Assembly: GCA_951406725.2 (NCBI GenBank)
Contig: OX597819.1
Span: 132,742,001-132,806,000, forward strand
From: Octopus vulgaris
Lineage: Eukaryota
DNA length: 64,000 bases
Direction of reading: 5' to 3'
In this document: positions 26,261 to 40,243 of the stretch, piece by piece
Layout: every line of letters begins with the position of its first letter
Position numbering within the stretch: position 1 is the stretch's first letter
Program-made: the position numbers and the translations under genes
Notes under the pieces: generated by a model
Told to the model about the DNA's origin: nothing
The model's database searches: none
What the model saw: the letters and a program-made list of their open reading frames with translations, nothing else

Positions 26261-26431
26261 ATTTCATGCATCAGCAGAGAATTTGAGGGGTTTATTAATC
26301 ATATTTTACGATCAACTGGGATTATTTTTTTCTATATTCGTTAGATCGTGTTGCTTCTTTTGATGTCAATCTAGTTTATGACAACTGAACAAGCTTAAAA
26401 CATAAACGAAACAATGTGTAATATTAGCTAA

Positions 26432-26730
26432 CTGGTACTCCGTCAGTTACGACGACGAGTGTTCCAGTTGAACAACCTGCTCGTGAAATCAACGTGCAAG
26501 TGGCTGAGTACTCCACAGATACGTGTACCCTTAATATAGTTCTCAGCGAGTCACAAAATGTGACATGACTAGTTCTTTCAATTAGAGGTACGATTGATTT
26601 TTGCCAGCTGAGTAGACTGGAGCCATGTGGAATAAAGTGTCTTGCTTAAGAATAGAATGCGTTGCAGGGAATCGAATTCATGGCTTTGCAATCGGCAGCC
26701 AAATCTCCTCGGCACTACGCCACGCGTCTT
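26432..26730 (-). mobile_element. tRNA-derived SINE
   Basis: Reverse complement of the 61811-62136 family (gggtacacgt..tggagtactcagccacttgcacgtt..cgtcgtcgtaactgacggagt). Confidence 0.8.
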
Positions 26731-27210
26731 CTTAATCTGAAATACACAAAGGTTGAAAAACAAAATGATTGACAAGAGTCAACAATAATTTCTATAAATA
26801 AATCCGTAAATTCTGTTTGAATTTCTTTCCTGTTTTAGAAACTAATTCTGTTTCTCGCACGAATGATTTGTTAATATATTTGACCTTCTGAAAATCTCTC
26901 CTAACAATGAGTTAACAAGTTAATGCTTTTAATTTTCCGTGTCAGTCACCCATGTTAATATGTGACATGAGTTTAAAAGTACTGTTGATAATTTTCTATT
27001 CAAACACAGGCTAAACTTATGTAAGAGAACCATCTGTAATTCGTAGCTAGATAATTAGATAAACACACTGACAGATGTACTAAGCTATATATACATATGT
27101 ATGTTTATGAATATCTGACAATTCATTGTATAAATTACGATTATGTACAAATAGGTATAAATATCTACAGAAAATAGTTACAAAATTCTCTCTCACTCCT
27201 GATATGTATT

Positions 27211-27305
<95 letters not shown>

Positions 27306-27794
27306 ATATGTTTAAAAATATAATACGTCTATATATACTCATATATATTCTTATGACTGTATGCGTGCGTATGTGTGTGTGCGTGTGCGTGTGAGCGTTT
27401 GTGTATAGTTAAAACTCTTGCATCAACAATGGATTAAAAGCTGCTGACATGGCGAGAAACAACTGGTGAGGAGTAATCTAGCTTGAAGTACATTGAAAAT
27501 TGTGTCGGGAATCCAATTAGAGCAGTCATCCAGATTATCCCAGACACACCGTTTCTTTCGTTTGAAGCAGAGGAAATATAAAATAGCGAAATGAATAAAT
27601 ATACAAGACAACTTGGACGGTGTTCCTCGCCATAAACATCACCAATTAGTGAAAATAACTCTATGACTTTCAAAACAAAATAAAACAATCAAAATATCTC
27701 ATTTCAAATGAAAGCTATTTCTAGCGCACCACTTCTCTCTCCTCTCTCCTTCTTCTCTTTCTTTCACAAACTTTTTCGTTCAATATAAAATTAA

Positions 27795-27895
<101 letters not shown>

Positions 27896-28272
27896 CGAGA
27901 GGTGGTAATATGATATATATATATACATATGTGTGTGTGAGTGTGAGTTTGTGTGTGTGTGTGTGTGCGCGTGAGTGTGTGTTTGTGTGTGTTTGTGTGT
28001 GTGTGTGTATGTGTGCGTGAGTGTGTGTTTGTGTGTGTGTGTATGTGAGTGTGTGTGTGTGTGTGCGTGCGTGCGTGTGTGTGTACAAATATTAATAAAA
28101 GAAACTGCGGCAGAAAAAAATCCAAATGTCTTTTGTTTGCTTTCGTTTGCTGAAGTTAGCCAAATCTGTAGAAACTATTGCAGTCTCTTGTTGTCAGTGG
28201 GTCATTTGTGAGGGCAAACATATGGTGGCTCATAATTCAAAATCCATTATACACACGCATGTATATATATAT

Positions 28273-28444
28273 AGGCGCGGGAGTGTGGCTGTGTGGTAAG
28301 TAGCTTGCTTACCAATCACATGGTTCCGGGTTCAGTCCCACTGCTCGGCACCTTAGGCAGGTGTCTTCTGCTGTAACCTCGGGCCGACCAAAGCCTTGCG
28401 AGTGGATTTGGTAGACGGAAACTGAAAGAATCCTATCGTATGTG

Positions 28445-28476
<32 letters not shown>

Positions 28477-28687
28477 CGTGTATGTTTGTGTTTGTCCCCC
28501 ACTGTTGTTTGACAACCGATGTTGGTGTCTTTACGTCCTCGTAATATAGCAGTTCAGCAAAAATACCGATAGGGTTAGGGTTAGTACTAGTCTTACAAAG
28601 AATAAATCCTGGGGTCGATTTGATCGACTAAAGGCGGTGCTCCAGCATGGCTGCACTCAAGTGACTGAAACAAGTAAAAGAAGAAAG
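28273..28687 (+). mobile_element. Full-length tRNA-derived SINE with internal (GT)n
   Basis: A-box tggctgtgtgg, B-box ggttcagtcc, A-rich tail; many partial copies in the window. Confidence 0.85.
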
Positions 28688-28714
28688 TATATATATATAT
28701 ATATATATATTTAT

Positions 28715-28759
<45 letters not shown>

Positions 28760-30149
28760 CTTTTCTACTTTTCTCTATTTGAATTATCTCTATTTGCACT
28801 ACTTTTCTCTATTTGAATTATCATATTATAAAGAAAACTCTTGTTTCTAATAACGAAACGAAGAAGATGGAATTTAAATAACAACACCGAAGCGTTGCGT
28901 ACAGTTAATAGTGTTAATGTTCCCCTTACGGATTATATCTGCAGAAATCCGCGTAACTTTGTTTTCTGTTTGAAAACAAAACAGTTGTTCGATATTCCGG
29001 TCAAAATGTTTTTGTCATATTACTAAATACACCGATAATTACTGGTACAAAATAGTGTTTATAATCCATTGAGAAAGCCTTGTAGATGTCAGGGTTGCTG
29101 TCGCCCCTAAGCTTTCGCTCTCTCATTGGTTTTGAAAGGAATTTTCCCGCCAGCAGAGTAGCCATGTTTCTAACTCTATATGATTGCTTTTGTCCCCTCA
29201 ATATCAGTTCTGTTATATTTGAATTTGGTGGAAGCTTGGATGGAAATATTCTGCTAATATTCCTTAGGTTAAATGTGTGTGTGTGTGTGTGTGTGTGTCT
29301 GTAGTCAACAGTAGAAATATTTCCTATAATATATTCCGTAGGTGTTTCCTACAAATGGCATTGTATATTACCATTGCAATAACACAGGCCGTTTGGGAAT
29401 CTGTACCTAAGGGGCATTTTAGACAATGCTGCTGATCAGGTGTAATATCTGTAATGGAAATGTGACATTATCGATATTTTCGGTTGAATCTTGTGAGTTT
29501 AAGGGTTTCACTATTTCGCTTGTTCATTACATATTTTCTAGCTAAATCCTATTCTTGGTGAACAATACGCTAACTTGTGAAATGTCAAGTGTAGCATTAC
29601 AAGTGCATCATAAGACGTTACATTTCCTGTCGATGTTAGCGTCACCCTTAATCAAATGTCGGTAAGACACTTTCGATAAAATGTCAAATATTTGTACCAA
29701 TAGTTGACAATCCGCCTTTTTCTAAATGGTGTTTTCCTATCACGGGGAACGTCTTTCACAGTCTCTGATGATGCTGTTTGCTTTTTGTTGTAATGTAGGG
29801 ACACTGACTATTTTGGATGTCTCCTTGCTGTACAGCACCGTATGACTCTGTTATCCTGGAGTTTGTTTTATCACTCTATCAAAAATGAGCGGTGTGGTGG
29901 ATATTGTCTGTAACCTTGTGGGTATGGCGATGAAAACGCAAAAGTAATGAGATGCTGACCGAAGTTAAATTTATCATAGAGTACGGTATCAAAACCCATG
30001 AGTTTCCATGTGAAGTACAAATTTAATGGCTCAACAGATTGTGACGTTATTTTAAGCAGAAAAAAATTGCGTTACACATTACAAAATATATTCGACCATA
30101 TGATTATAAATAATTTTCATAAATGCTTAATATGCAAAATATTTTCATC

Positions 30150-31020
30150 TTTCACACAGATACATAAGACAAACGTTGAATATTACTTAGATACTGAAAC
30201 AACTTTTAATTATTCTCCTCACGCCATCCCAAACACACGAAGAATAATATCCCCTTTAATCTAGCAAGAAGAATCTGCATAATTGTCTCAAACCCTGAAA
30301 CTCGCAATAAAAGACTCCAGAGACTAAAACAGCTACTACTTAAAAGATAATATCCATTAATGCTAATAGACAACAGAATAGAACGTAATAAACTACGAAA
30401 AACGAAAAACGCTCCAGATACAACCAATAATCTACCCTTTATTACAACACGCAATCCAAGAAATACAGAGGTTTACAATATTATCCATCAAAACATTCCG
30501 CTACTAAAACAAGACCCAAGAATGTAACAAGCATTCGAAATACACAAAATAATCAAAAGTAAAAGACAATCAAAGGCCCTCAAGAAATTCCTCTCACGTG
30601 CTAAATTACCTTCCACAATTCCTACACCAACAGTCAAAAAATGTGGCCGCTGCAATTGCGGAACCTGCATCGACCTTATTGAAGACACAACATACAAATT
30701 CAAATCAGGAGAGACTTTTACCGTAAAACATCACTTTACATGTTCTGCAAGGAGTTTAATATACGGTATCAAATGTCAATGATGTAATGAAGATTACATA
30801 GGTCAAACAAAGCTTACTCTAAGAAATAGACTAACCATTCACCGACAACGAATACGAGACTCCAGTACTAGACAGATTACACTGAGTGGTCACAGAGACG
30901 TGCAAAAAATAAGTCTCCCAAATTCTAGGTCTTCCCACTCTATGCTTCAGCGAATACTACAGATGATGCACGGATAAACAAAGAAAGTATTTCCATGCAA
31001 AAGTACAAACCGAGACTTTA
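30150..31020 (+). pseudogene. Penelope-like element RT C-terminus plus GIY-YIG endonuclease, disabled
   Basis: HPKHTKNNIPFNLARRICIIVS; CGRCNCGTC linker; FTCSARSLIYGIKCQ*CNEDYIGQT..LRNRLTIH. Confidence 0.9.
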
Positions 31021-31287
31021 AAAATTTTAACAAAGTGTACACATAAATAAAAATTGACACTCAAAATTCATCCTGCCATTTATCAGGAAATTATACAGCT
31101 AACAACCTAAATTTTAGCCATTGGACTACATACAAAAGATTCCTGTGTACTTTTCTACCAGACAGATTAAATTTGGAGAGCTCTGATTATAACTAAACAT
31201 GTTCACTCAACCGTGTCGGCCTTCCTTTTAGGCGCAACATATACTGTCACGTGACACTAACGCACGGACATAGCAGGAAGCTTACAT

Positions 31288-31520
<233 letters not shown>

Positions 31521-31570
31521 ATCGAAAAATACTTTAGGAATGAGAAACCAGGTTCGAAATTTCCCCAAGG

Positions 31571-31612
31571 CACCTGATGAAGGCTGGAGAGTATATCAGC
31601 CAAAACGTTGTG
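31571..31612 (+). ncRNA. Minimal hammerhead ribozyme with GAAA mutated to AAAA
   Basis: cac-CTGATGA-a-ggctg-gagagtatat-cagcc-AAAA-cGTT-gtg, downstream of the Penelope ORF. Confidence 0.75.
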
Positions 31613-32132
31613 TTAACAACAAACAAAATGAGGACAAATATCCATCAATTGTAAACAATGTAAATAATGAACTTACAAAAGGTTATAAACTTCACCATGT
31701 GTTCATTCTCTACAAACACTTGACAGAAAACATTCAGAGCATTGATTGTCTGGATATGTTCAGTCAACTGTGTCAGCCTTAACTTACGATGTCAAATATT
31801 GTCCCTTGACGTAACGGGGAAATGACAAAAAAATTCTAAGGCCAGTCATGTGATTATTCTCTACCAATTAAATCCTAATTAAAACATATACTAATCTAAG
31901 CCATGAACACCCTATAAAAACAGTGCAAGCTTCAAACACTTGTCAGAGGCAAGACAACTGCGACATAAGCCACGTCTTTCTATCTGAACTTTTTGAAAAT
32001 CAGTGTAAACTGTGAAACCGGTTAAGGCTTCAAATAAATATTTTAATATTGCATATTTTAACTATTCTCAATGCATTTTCAACTTCTGTTTTTCCTATAT
32101 TTATACTCGTGTGGAATAAAATAACTTTGTTT

Positions 32133-32193
<61 letters not shown>

Positions 32194-32884
32194 ATGTATC
32201 TATGCATGTATATGTATGTGTTTATTTGTTTGTTTGTGTGTGTGTGTGTGTGTGTGTATGATAATAGGGTGGCTGGTTCCTATAAGTCGGGGAAGCTGTC
32301 AAGATGGCCTTCGGAAGACTTGTGTATGTTGCAGTTTCACTGTTTGAGCATTTCTAGCAAGCATAGAGATAGAATGCGTTGTCACAGATTCTCTCGTTTA
32401 CAAAGAAATCATTAGAATTCCAGGAGAAAAAAAAACCATACAAATAAAGAGCTTTTTCAATGATATTCTTTTCTGTATACGAGAGACATTGTAATTAACA
32501 TTTGAATTTAATATTTTAGAAAATAAAAAAAAAGGAAAAAGAAAAAGAGAGACTGCAATGATTTCAATCACTTTAAACAATGAAATGTTAAGTAGAATGC
32601 AATACAATCGAATCTGTTGATTCATTTTGTGTCGGTTCTTATAATTTTATTCTTCGTTTAAAACGATTGCATCGAATTGTTGTGCGAGCAATTTAGAAAC
32701 TACAACGTTAACATCAACCATTTGCTGCTGTTGTTGTTGTTGTTGTTTTAATTTAGACCCAAGTAAGAGCTGTTTGTGCAGTCATATGATGAGACACGTT
32801 CCCCCCTGACTGTATTTCGTTTCCTATATCGATATCACACATCTAGGACTGATCACCCAATATTCTATATTCCTGCAAAGAAGT

Positions 32885-33270
32885 GACCTGGCAAAGTCGT
32901 TTGCACGTCGGGCGAAATGCATTGCAGTATTTTGTCTGTCGTTACGTTTTGAGTTCAAATTCCGCCGAGGTTGACTTTGCCGTTCATCCTTTCGGGGTCG
33001 ATAAATTAAGTACCAGTTACGCACTGGGGTCGATATAATCGACTTAATCCGTTTGTCTGTCCTTGTTTGTCCTCTCTGTGTTTAGCCCCTTGTGGGCAGT
33101 AAAGAAATAGGTATTTCACTCGTCTTTACATTCCGAGTTCAAATTCCACCGAGGCCGATTTCGTCTCTCATGGTAGGTCGATACAATAAATGCGTGTTGA
33201 ACACTGGAGTTGGTTTAAGTGACTTAGCCTTTTCCCCAAACCTACTGGCCTTGTGCTAGAATTCGAAACC
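32885..33270 (+). mobile_element. SINE, dimer-like (core repeated at 33110-33270)
   Basis: Near-identical to 12989-13218, then a second gagttcaaattcc core. Confidence 0.8.
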
Positions 33271-33897
33271 ATATCATGCTTCTTTAAAAGCGTTAATAAT
33301 CGATAACCGGGTCATTCGATTGCTCTTTCTGATAGGTCGAGGCATCCCGTTTGCTCGTTATTCAGTTTTTCATCGATCATATAGAAAAATTAAGATTGTA
33401 ATAACATTGTTTGAGAGAGATTGCCTGCAGTCTGCTCTCTTCGCTACAATGACAGCTGCAATTCAACGCTCTCTTCATATTTTAAAAAGAGATAATTAAA
33501 AAAACAAACTCATCATGTCCAATTACTATTTGCATTGTTACTCAATTATATATTTCCAATAAAAAAACAATTAGTTTAATGAGAGAAGTTTCGTGTTGAA
33601 TGAAATTGAATGAGAGATTCAGTTTTTACTTACGCCAGATTGGAAAAATCGAAATATTTATTGAAAGAAAGAACAACAATCCAATGTTCCTAATTACATC
33701 TTCGTTGCGTAATGGTATCGCAGAGTTCCATACATTAACTCTGTTCCAACGATAAACGTGGTTCTATATTTATGATTTGTCTTGTTTTTAAATTCAACAA
33801 TCGTGATGGATTAAATAAATAATGTATTCACACTTTCAAAATAAATATAAAATATATTTTTCATTGAAATTCCTCCCACTCTCTCACTCCTTGTTTT

Positions 33898-33932
<35 letters not shown>

Positions 33933-33934
33933 CG

Positions 33935-33991
<57 letters not shown>

Positions 33992-34074
33992 ACGCACACA
34001 CACACACACACGCACACACAACTATATATACTCATACACTCCAGCTAGACAACACAGTCTCAGGCTCATCAACA

Positions 34075-34500
34075 GCATCCTACACGCCTGCGCTCTTATA
34101 CGCAAGTGAGATGGGTGCCACTATGAGGAGGAAAGAACATCGATTGGCTGCGACGCGAAGGGCCATGGAGAGAAAGGCCATGGAGAGAAGGGCCATGGAG
34201 AGAAGGGCCATGGAGAGATCCTGGCTAGAAATAACATTACGAGAACATATTCAAAATGAGAACGGAGGGGAGTGAATGCTGCGATAGCAGAATATCCAAA
34301 GTACATTTTCCCCTGGGTCGGACATGTCACATGGTGCACAGACAACTGCTGGATCCGTCCAGTTGTCGAGTGATATCCAAGAGATTGCAAAAGCTTCTTG
34401 GAAGTCTCCACAATGATGGGAAGACGATTTAGTCAAGCGATTTGGGTCAAACGGCGAATCGCAGAACCTGATGGTCTGGTTGATACTGAGATACTGTGAC
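34075..34500 (+). mobile_element. Degenerate RTE LINE 3' fragment with a 15-bp x4 tandem duplication
   Basis: PALLYASE, RAMER repeated four times (34158-34217), WVGHVT; same family type as 3068-3450. Confidence 0.75.
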
Positions 34501-34517
34501 CTACACACATACACAAA

Positions 34518-34555
<38 letters not shown>

Positions 34556-34572
34556 CGCGCGCGCACACACAC

Positions 34573-35348
34573 TTTAAATGATTGATATGGAAAGACAGAG
34601 TGTAACTAGAAGCTTTATTTAGGACAACAATCGTTTCGGCTGTCTTCTGCACGGCTTCCTAGTGGATGGGATCGATGTAACGACATCAGATGCATCGCAC
34701 AGTGCAAGGAGCCTCATCCCTGACGTGATAGGCTCCAAACGTTATAATATTTACATTTCCCTCCAATCTGGAGGCTGAAGTTATCATGGTGTGTGCTGCT
34801 CGTAGTTCATACGCATTGATGAAGTAAGGGTGCTTGTGGTCTGAATACAGGAAGTTGATAAAAATACAAAGAATATAGTGTAAATGTGTGGTGGGGTTAA
34901 TGGCTTTGGGTTGGAAGGCCTTAAATCATGTGGAGACCTTTGATGGTTAGATATGGTAGTCAAGCGTGACAGCATGGTGAAGAATTTGGTGGTGATGCTG
35001 GTGTGATTTAAGGCCTTTCAATCCAACGCCATTAAAACACCCCTTTACATTATATTCGTTGTATGTTTTATCAACCGCGTCCTGTATTCAGACAACAAAT
35101 ATCCTTACTTCACCAATGTGTGTCAACTATAAGCAGCACACCATAATACCACCAGCCTCTAGGTTGGAGCCAAATATAAAACTTATAACTTTTGAAGCCT
35201 ATCATATCACCTGATGAAGTTCCTTGCACTGCGCGATGCATCTGATGCTATTACATCGTCCTCCACCCACAAGGTACTGGCGCAGAAAGCAGACGAAACG
35301 ATTGTCGTGCTTCGAATTATACTCTGTCGTCCGTATCAATCATTTAAA
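34573..35348. mobile_element. Diverged foldback element, arms 34573-34928 / 35004-35348, hammerhead motif in each arm
   Basis: Collinear reverse-complement blocks (tttaaatgattgata, acaatcgtttcg, catcagatgcatcgc, tctgaatacagga, aaggccttaaatca). Confidence 0.8.
35208..35309 (+). ncRNA. Type-I hammerhead with long (~77 nt) stem II region
   Basis: cac-CTGATGA...GAAA-cgatt-GTC-gtg; the left-arm copy shows ggct/agcc closing stem II. Confidence 0.65.
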
Positions 35349-35684
35349 ATATCCCCAACGTGCACCTAAGATTTCCTGATGTAGATCCGGCGTCGAAAGC
35401 GTAGTAACGTGGATGACGCCTGCTAACCACAAGTGGTCAACGTACTCCGCAGGCACACTACTACCTGGGGCTTACCCGAAACAAAGGTTTCGATACTGCA
35501 TGTTAATGTCATCCATCTAAACCTTAATTTTTAACTTCAAATTTAACTTATATATGGATCAAAACAGTTTGATTCAAATTTGTTGGTACTCTTGAGTTTC
35601 AAGCGTGATGCTAGTCGTCAGCCAATTTGAATTTGAACTCCCAATAAATTTGTTAAGTGCCTTTCTTTCGTCTGTCTACTCACT

Positions 35685-35743
<59 letters not shown>

Positions 35744-37133
35744 CTTTTAATCAAGAGGTGAGTGGATACCCATGAACTGTCACATGCCCGTTAAACTAAT
35801 ATGGAAGACGGTGGAAGATAGCCTCAACAGGAGCGGAAACCTGGATCGAGTGTTTGCAGAGTGTTCCCCACTAAAGACACTCAAGATGCCTTTAGAAGAG
35901 TCCAGTATTAAACGGAGGAGCAGATCAAGTTTCTATCAGCCAAGAAGTCCATGACATGATTAGGAATAAAAATGCAAACAGTCGAGTCAAATACGGCCAC
36001 TTTAAGATTCCACCAACCCATTGCACTAAACTAATAATGGGTTGATGAGAGGAAAAGCTGTCCTCGGCAGCGTTTGAACTCAGAGGGTAGGGAGAGAGAA
36101 AATGTCATTCTAACGATTGAATCTCATGATTCTGACACTCGGCCGTAATGTGATGTGAGCAGAATCACACAAAGATGCCCAACAAAACACACACGCACAG
36201 ACATGCGAACACGCGCACACACATGTATACACGCGCACATGAACATGTATATGTGTAAGTATGTAGTATGCGAATATATGCATGCATACATACACACATG
36301 CATACATACACACATACATACACACATGCTTATATATATATATTCACGCATACACGCAAACAAATATTTAAAATGGGAAAAAGTGTAGAATGAGAATGAA
36401 CATAATGGCATGGAATTTTCTAATAATCAGTCTTTCTATTCTATACCTGAAATATTTTTTCTGAAAAAAAAATTAATATTGCTAGAAAGAAAGAAAAAAC
36501 GCATTCGTTGTTTCATAGATTCATACATGACTGAATGAACGAGAAAAGCTTTTTCTGGGAGATTTCGAGAATAATGCAGATGTCCATGAGAAGAGGAAGA
36601 AAATATATTATCCTATTGAAAACCTGCCACGTACGCATATTTTCTGATTGTAACATATCTTAGCGAGGGTCACAGAGCCAGAAGATTGAAACTAATTTCA
36701 GCTGCTCATTTCTATCGTCCATCATATTTCACAGGGTAATGAGAATTGATTTACTACATATCCACGGGGAGCAGTTATCCTATTGCAGTTCATACACACT
36801 CACTGAAAGTAGAAAGGTCGTTTCCACAGCCGTATTTCCACGCAACGATCTGCAATAAACACAAATACATTATAATAGTTTGAGTTTTATGCTTCATTAT
36901 TCTATAAAGCTAAAGACTTGAATATGGGGCCGATTATTGAACAATAAATGGGATTACGTATTTATTTTAGATTTAGGGTTATATGCCTCAACGGACGTTT
37001 CTATATACATACGCATACATACACACACGCACATATAAATGCGCACGCATGTCATTCACTCTACTCCGCCTTATATTCAAAAATGTTTTCAGTTTTAGTC
37101 CTCTTCGGATGAAATTCGTGATCAACTCTCTTC

Positions 37134-37225
<92 letters not shown>

Positions 37226-37899
37226 TGTATATATATGCATGTATGTATGTATATGTATGTGTGTGTGTCTGTATGTGCGAGTATGTGTATGTACAAACAA
37301 GTATAAAGAAAAATCGAATGAATAGTAAAGACATAAACATTTTATTTATTTTATTTAAAAAATTTAGTTGGCCTCATAAATTGATAATTTTTGAAAAATA
37401 GTGTAATCTGCCGGGGTCTGGTGCTGTGCCACATTTGTCGCGACTCTGGGTAGAGTTTTTGTGGAGAAAATGTAAGTGAAATTGTCATGAGTTCAGATAC
37501 GGCTTTGCCGCCGGGACATGAGGTTAGAGGGTCATGTGACTGTGTCAATGATACTTGCATAAAAAGATAAGCCTGTATTAATCAAGCGAATGAAGAATGT
37601 GCATTATGTCCGACTATTAGGTCACATGATATTATGAATGATAAGTGTGCCAAAAGTCGAAGCTGTGTTAATCCAGTACATGCGTCATTTGATACTGTGA
37701 ACAACAAGTTGTCAGATTAAAGGAAAATAGAGAAATAGCTTACTTGCTTTTATGTGAATGAAATTAAGCTGTGTATGCATTTGTCTATGTGCTTTGTGTG
37801 TGACAATGTGAACTACAGCTGTGTAATGTCTGTGTTGAACATGTAATAATTTATACAGTCGTAGGTTGTATTTTTTAATAAACAAATTTTATTTATTTG

Positions 37900-38340
37900 T
37901 ATTCTATCTTTTCTGAAAAGAAAGGCAAAGGGAAAGGCTTGGAATTTTGGTGATTTGCTTGGTGCTAATATGTCGAAATGTTCACATAATGGAATCTGTC
38001 TAATATTAAGATCTGTGTGAGTTTCATGTGTCTTGTGTATTCTTTCGTGATGCTTTTTTTATTCAGTATTTCCCAATTTAAATTTATTAGATGTGCCTTT
38101 GATAAATATGACGTAATTGCCGTAAAGCGACCACAGTCTTCTACTTGTTGGTGTTTTGTTTTTAGTGTACAATTTGGTGTTGCTAAGCAAATAGTTTTAG
38201 GGATTCTAGTTGTCTATTAATTTCGATTATTATATATATTTGGAGTATTGTCTTTTTCATGTGTGAGCCTTGCTTCAATAATGGAGTATTTTGATGAACG
38301 AGAAATACATGTTTTCACGAACAAAGGTAGGGGGCTCAAT
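37900..38340 (-). pseudogene. Degenerate Penelope GIY-YIG remnant
   Basis: Minus-strand NIRQIPLCEHFD..SKSPKFQAFP aligns by eye with STRQITLSGHRD..KSPKF*VFP at 30860-30940. Confidence 0.55.
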
Positions 38341-38523
38341 ACAAGGGCGCAGTGAAATATATGTGATATTATCTGCAAAAAAAAAAAATTACTTAATGTG
38401 TCCTGTCTGAAATTTCTTCTAATGATAAAGTAAACCGATTTCCGCCAAAAATACGTGTAATATATAGAAAAAAAAACATTGTATACTGAAATGAATAGGA
38501 CTGTGCAGGACATATTACACACA

Positions 38524-38565
<42 letters not shown>

Positions 38566-39096
38566 TAAGTATAAGATTTCTGGAGAAAGAAATCTTATAC
38601 AATCTGTTTCGTATTTATTTGATTTCAGAGTAAATTAAAAACTATAACTGGACCACAAGAACTTTGGTAATTTCAGCTTTCTGAAGACATATTAAAGTTA
38701 GCTTATTTGAATTGGTGCAGTTAAAAAAATATATACATTCAAATGTATAATGTAAACACACCGTTACGATGTACAGATATTTACTTAATGTCTACGTTTT
38801 TGATGAACGAGATTTAATCAAAATAATTCTAACGCAGAGAGATCATAATCCAATGCCAATGTGGGTATCGTATTCAATAGGCTGAATAAACTTTACTTTT
38901 CTTTCTCTATGCGAAATTGTATAAAATTCTTTAGAACGGGAAGGTTGTTACTAAGAATTTTAGACCACGCAGTTGGGATATTATCAGCAAAGAATTTATA
39001 CTGCATATAGTACTAAAAGCCTAATTAAATACCTTAACACATAAATATGCATACATACATATACACACATGTGCACTGCATTAAAACAGTCACGCA

Positions 39097-39127
<31 letters not shown>

Positions 39128-39184
39128 GTACATACCATAATCGCCTATACATACATACATGCATACAGACATACATATGAATGT

Positions 39185-39481
39185 CGTTTGTTCCTTCACG
39201 AGCCACGCCTGGCTCATAGGGCTGGTTTCCCGGTTTCCTTAGCGTATAGGTTCCCCACCTGAACCGGGCGCCCGTCCGTCGCAGGTGCGCTGCAAGATGC
39301 AAGAGGAAAGAGAGAAAGTTGTGGCGAAAGAGTCAGCAGAAGTTCGCCATTACCTTCTGCCGGAGCCGCGTGTAGCTTAGGTGTTTCACTCATAAACACA
39401 CACATCGCCCGGTCTGAGATTCGAACCCGCGATCCCTCGACCACGAGTATGCTGCTCTAACCACTAGGCCATATGCCTCCA
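39185..39481 (-). mobile_element. tRNA-derived SINE, near full length
   Basis: Reverse complement tggaggcatatggcctagtggttagagc...gggttcgaatc; body shared with 56630-56830. Confidence 0.85.
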
Positions 39482-39489
39482 CTACATAT

Positions 39490-39920
39490 GAATATAAACA
39501 CGTTTAATTGTAGGGCCCCTGAATTATGTCCTCTTACTGGTTTATGGTTACGCAAAAACGTAATCTATAAATGCACAGTGACAAGCGACAAACATAAAGC
39601 TAGATTATACATGGAAAGCACTAAAGACTTCAAGAAACGATACAGAACACATGTAAGTACCTTTAATAAGGTAAAACATAAGACTTGAACGGCGCTGGCC
39701 AGATATATACACGACTTAAAAGTACAGAACATTAATTATACATTGTCTTGGTCAACCATAGACGAGGCCCCACTATACCGTACGATTACTGGCTGATGTT
39801 GATTGTGTATAAAAGAATCATACGTTATCTTTTGCATGTTTAATTCCACTGTTTTAAATAGGTTCTCTGACGCTATTCATTCGTGCAACCACAGATTCTA
39901 CTCAACTTTCATGAGACGAT
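39490..39920 (+). pseudogene. Penelope/Neptune-type GIY-YIG endonuclease remnant
   Basis: NCRAPELCPL..NVIYKCTV..LYM..FKKRYRTHVSTF..TALARYIHDLK..WS..C*LCIKE..LNR..HSCNH. Confidence 0.8.
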
Positions 39921-40158
39921 TTCAATTTGAACCCACTGAGCATTAATTTACACAACACTGAGCATTAAGTTACACAACAATATAATGCAAACAGAAATAT
40001 AAATTTTAAGAAAGTAAGCAATTTAATTTTACTCCCATCAGCCCTCATAAAAAAAACTTTTATAATTTAAATAACTGTATCCGCCCTTCTATAAAAGCAT
40101 CCAATTCTCTCATACCTTCGTAAAGAACTGAACGCATATCTATCGTAAACATCATTTT

Positions 40159-40243
40159 CCCCTGATGAAGGGGACATTCTCCAGAAATGAATCTTAAGAT
40201 TCGTCAGTAATTCAGACGTATGAGAACCAGAAACGATCGTCGG
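40159..40243 (+). ncRNA. Hammerhead motif with extended stem II in the Penelope 3' pLTR
   Basis: cc-CTGATGA...ttctc..gagaa..GAAA-cgatc-GTC-gg, ~250 bp downstream of the GIY-YIG remnant; stem I weak. Confidence 0.6.

Noticed and set aside
29300-29990. piggyBac-like cysteine-rich remnant on the minus strand
   Set aside because: Motif too degraded, and no TTAA/TIR boundary found.
34158-34217. CRISPR-like repeat array
   Set aside because: Contiguous 15-bp tandem repeats without spacers, inside an RTE, in eukaryotic DNA.
35372-35406. Extra hammerhead (CTGATGT...GAAAGCGTA)
   Set aside because: Core mismatch and no convincing stem I or III.
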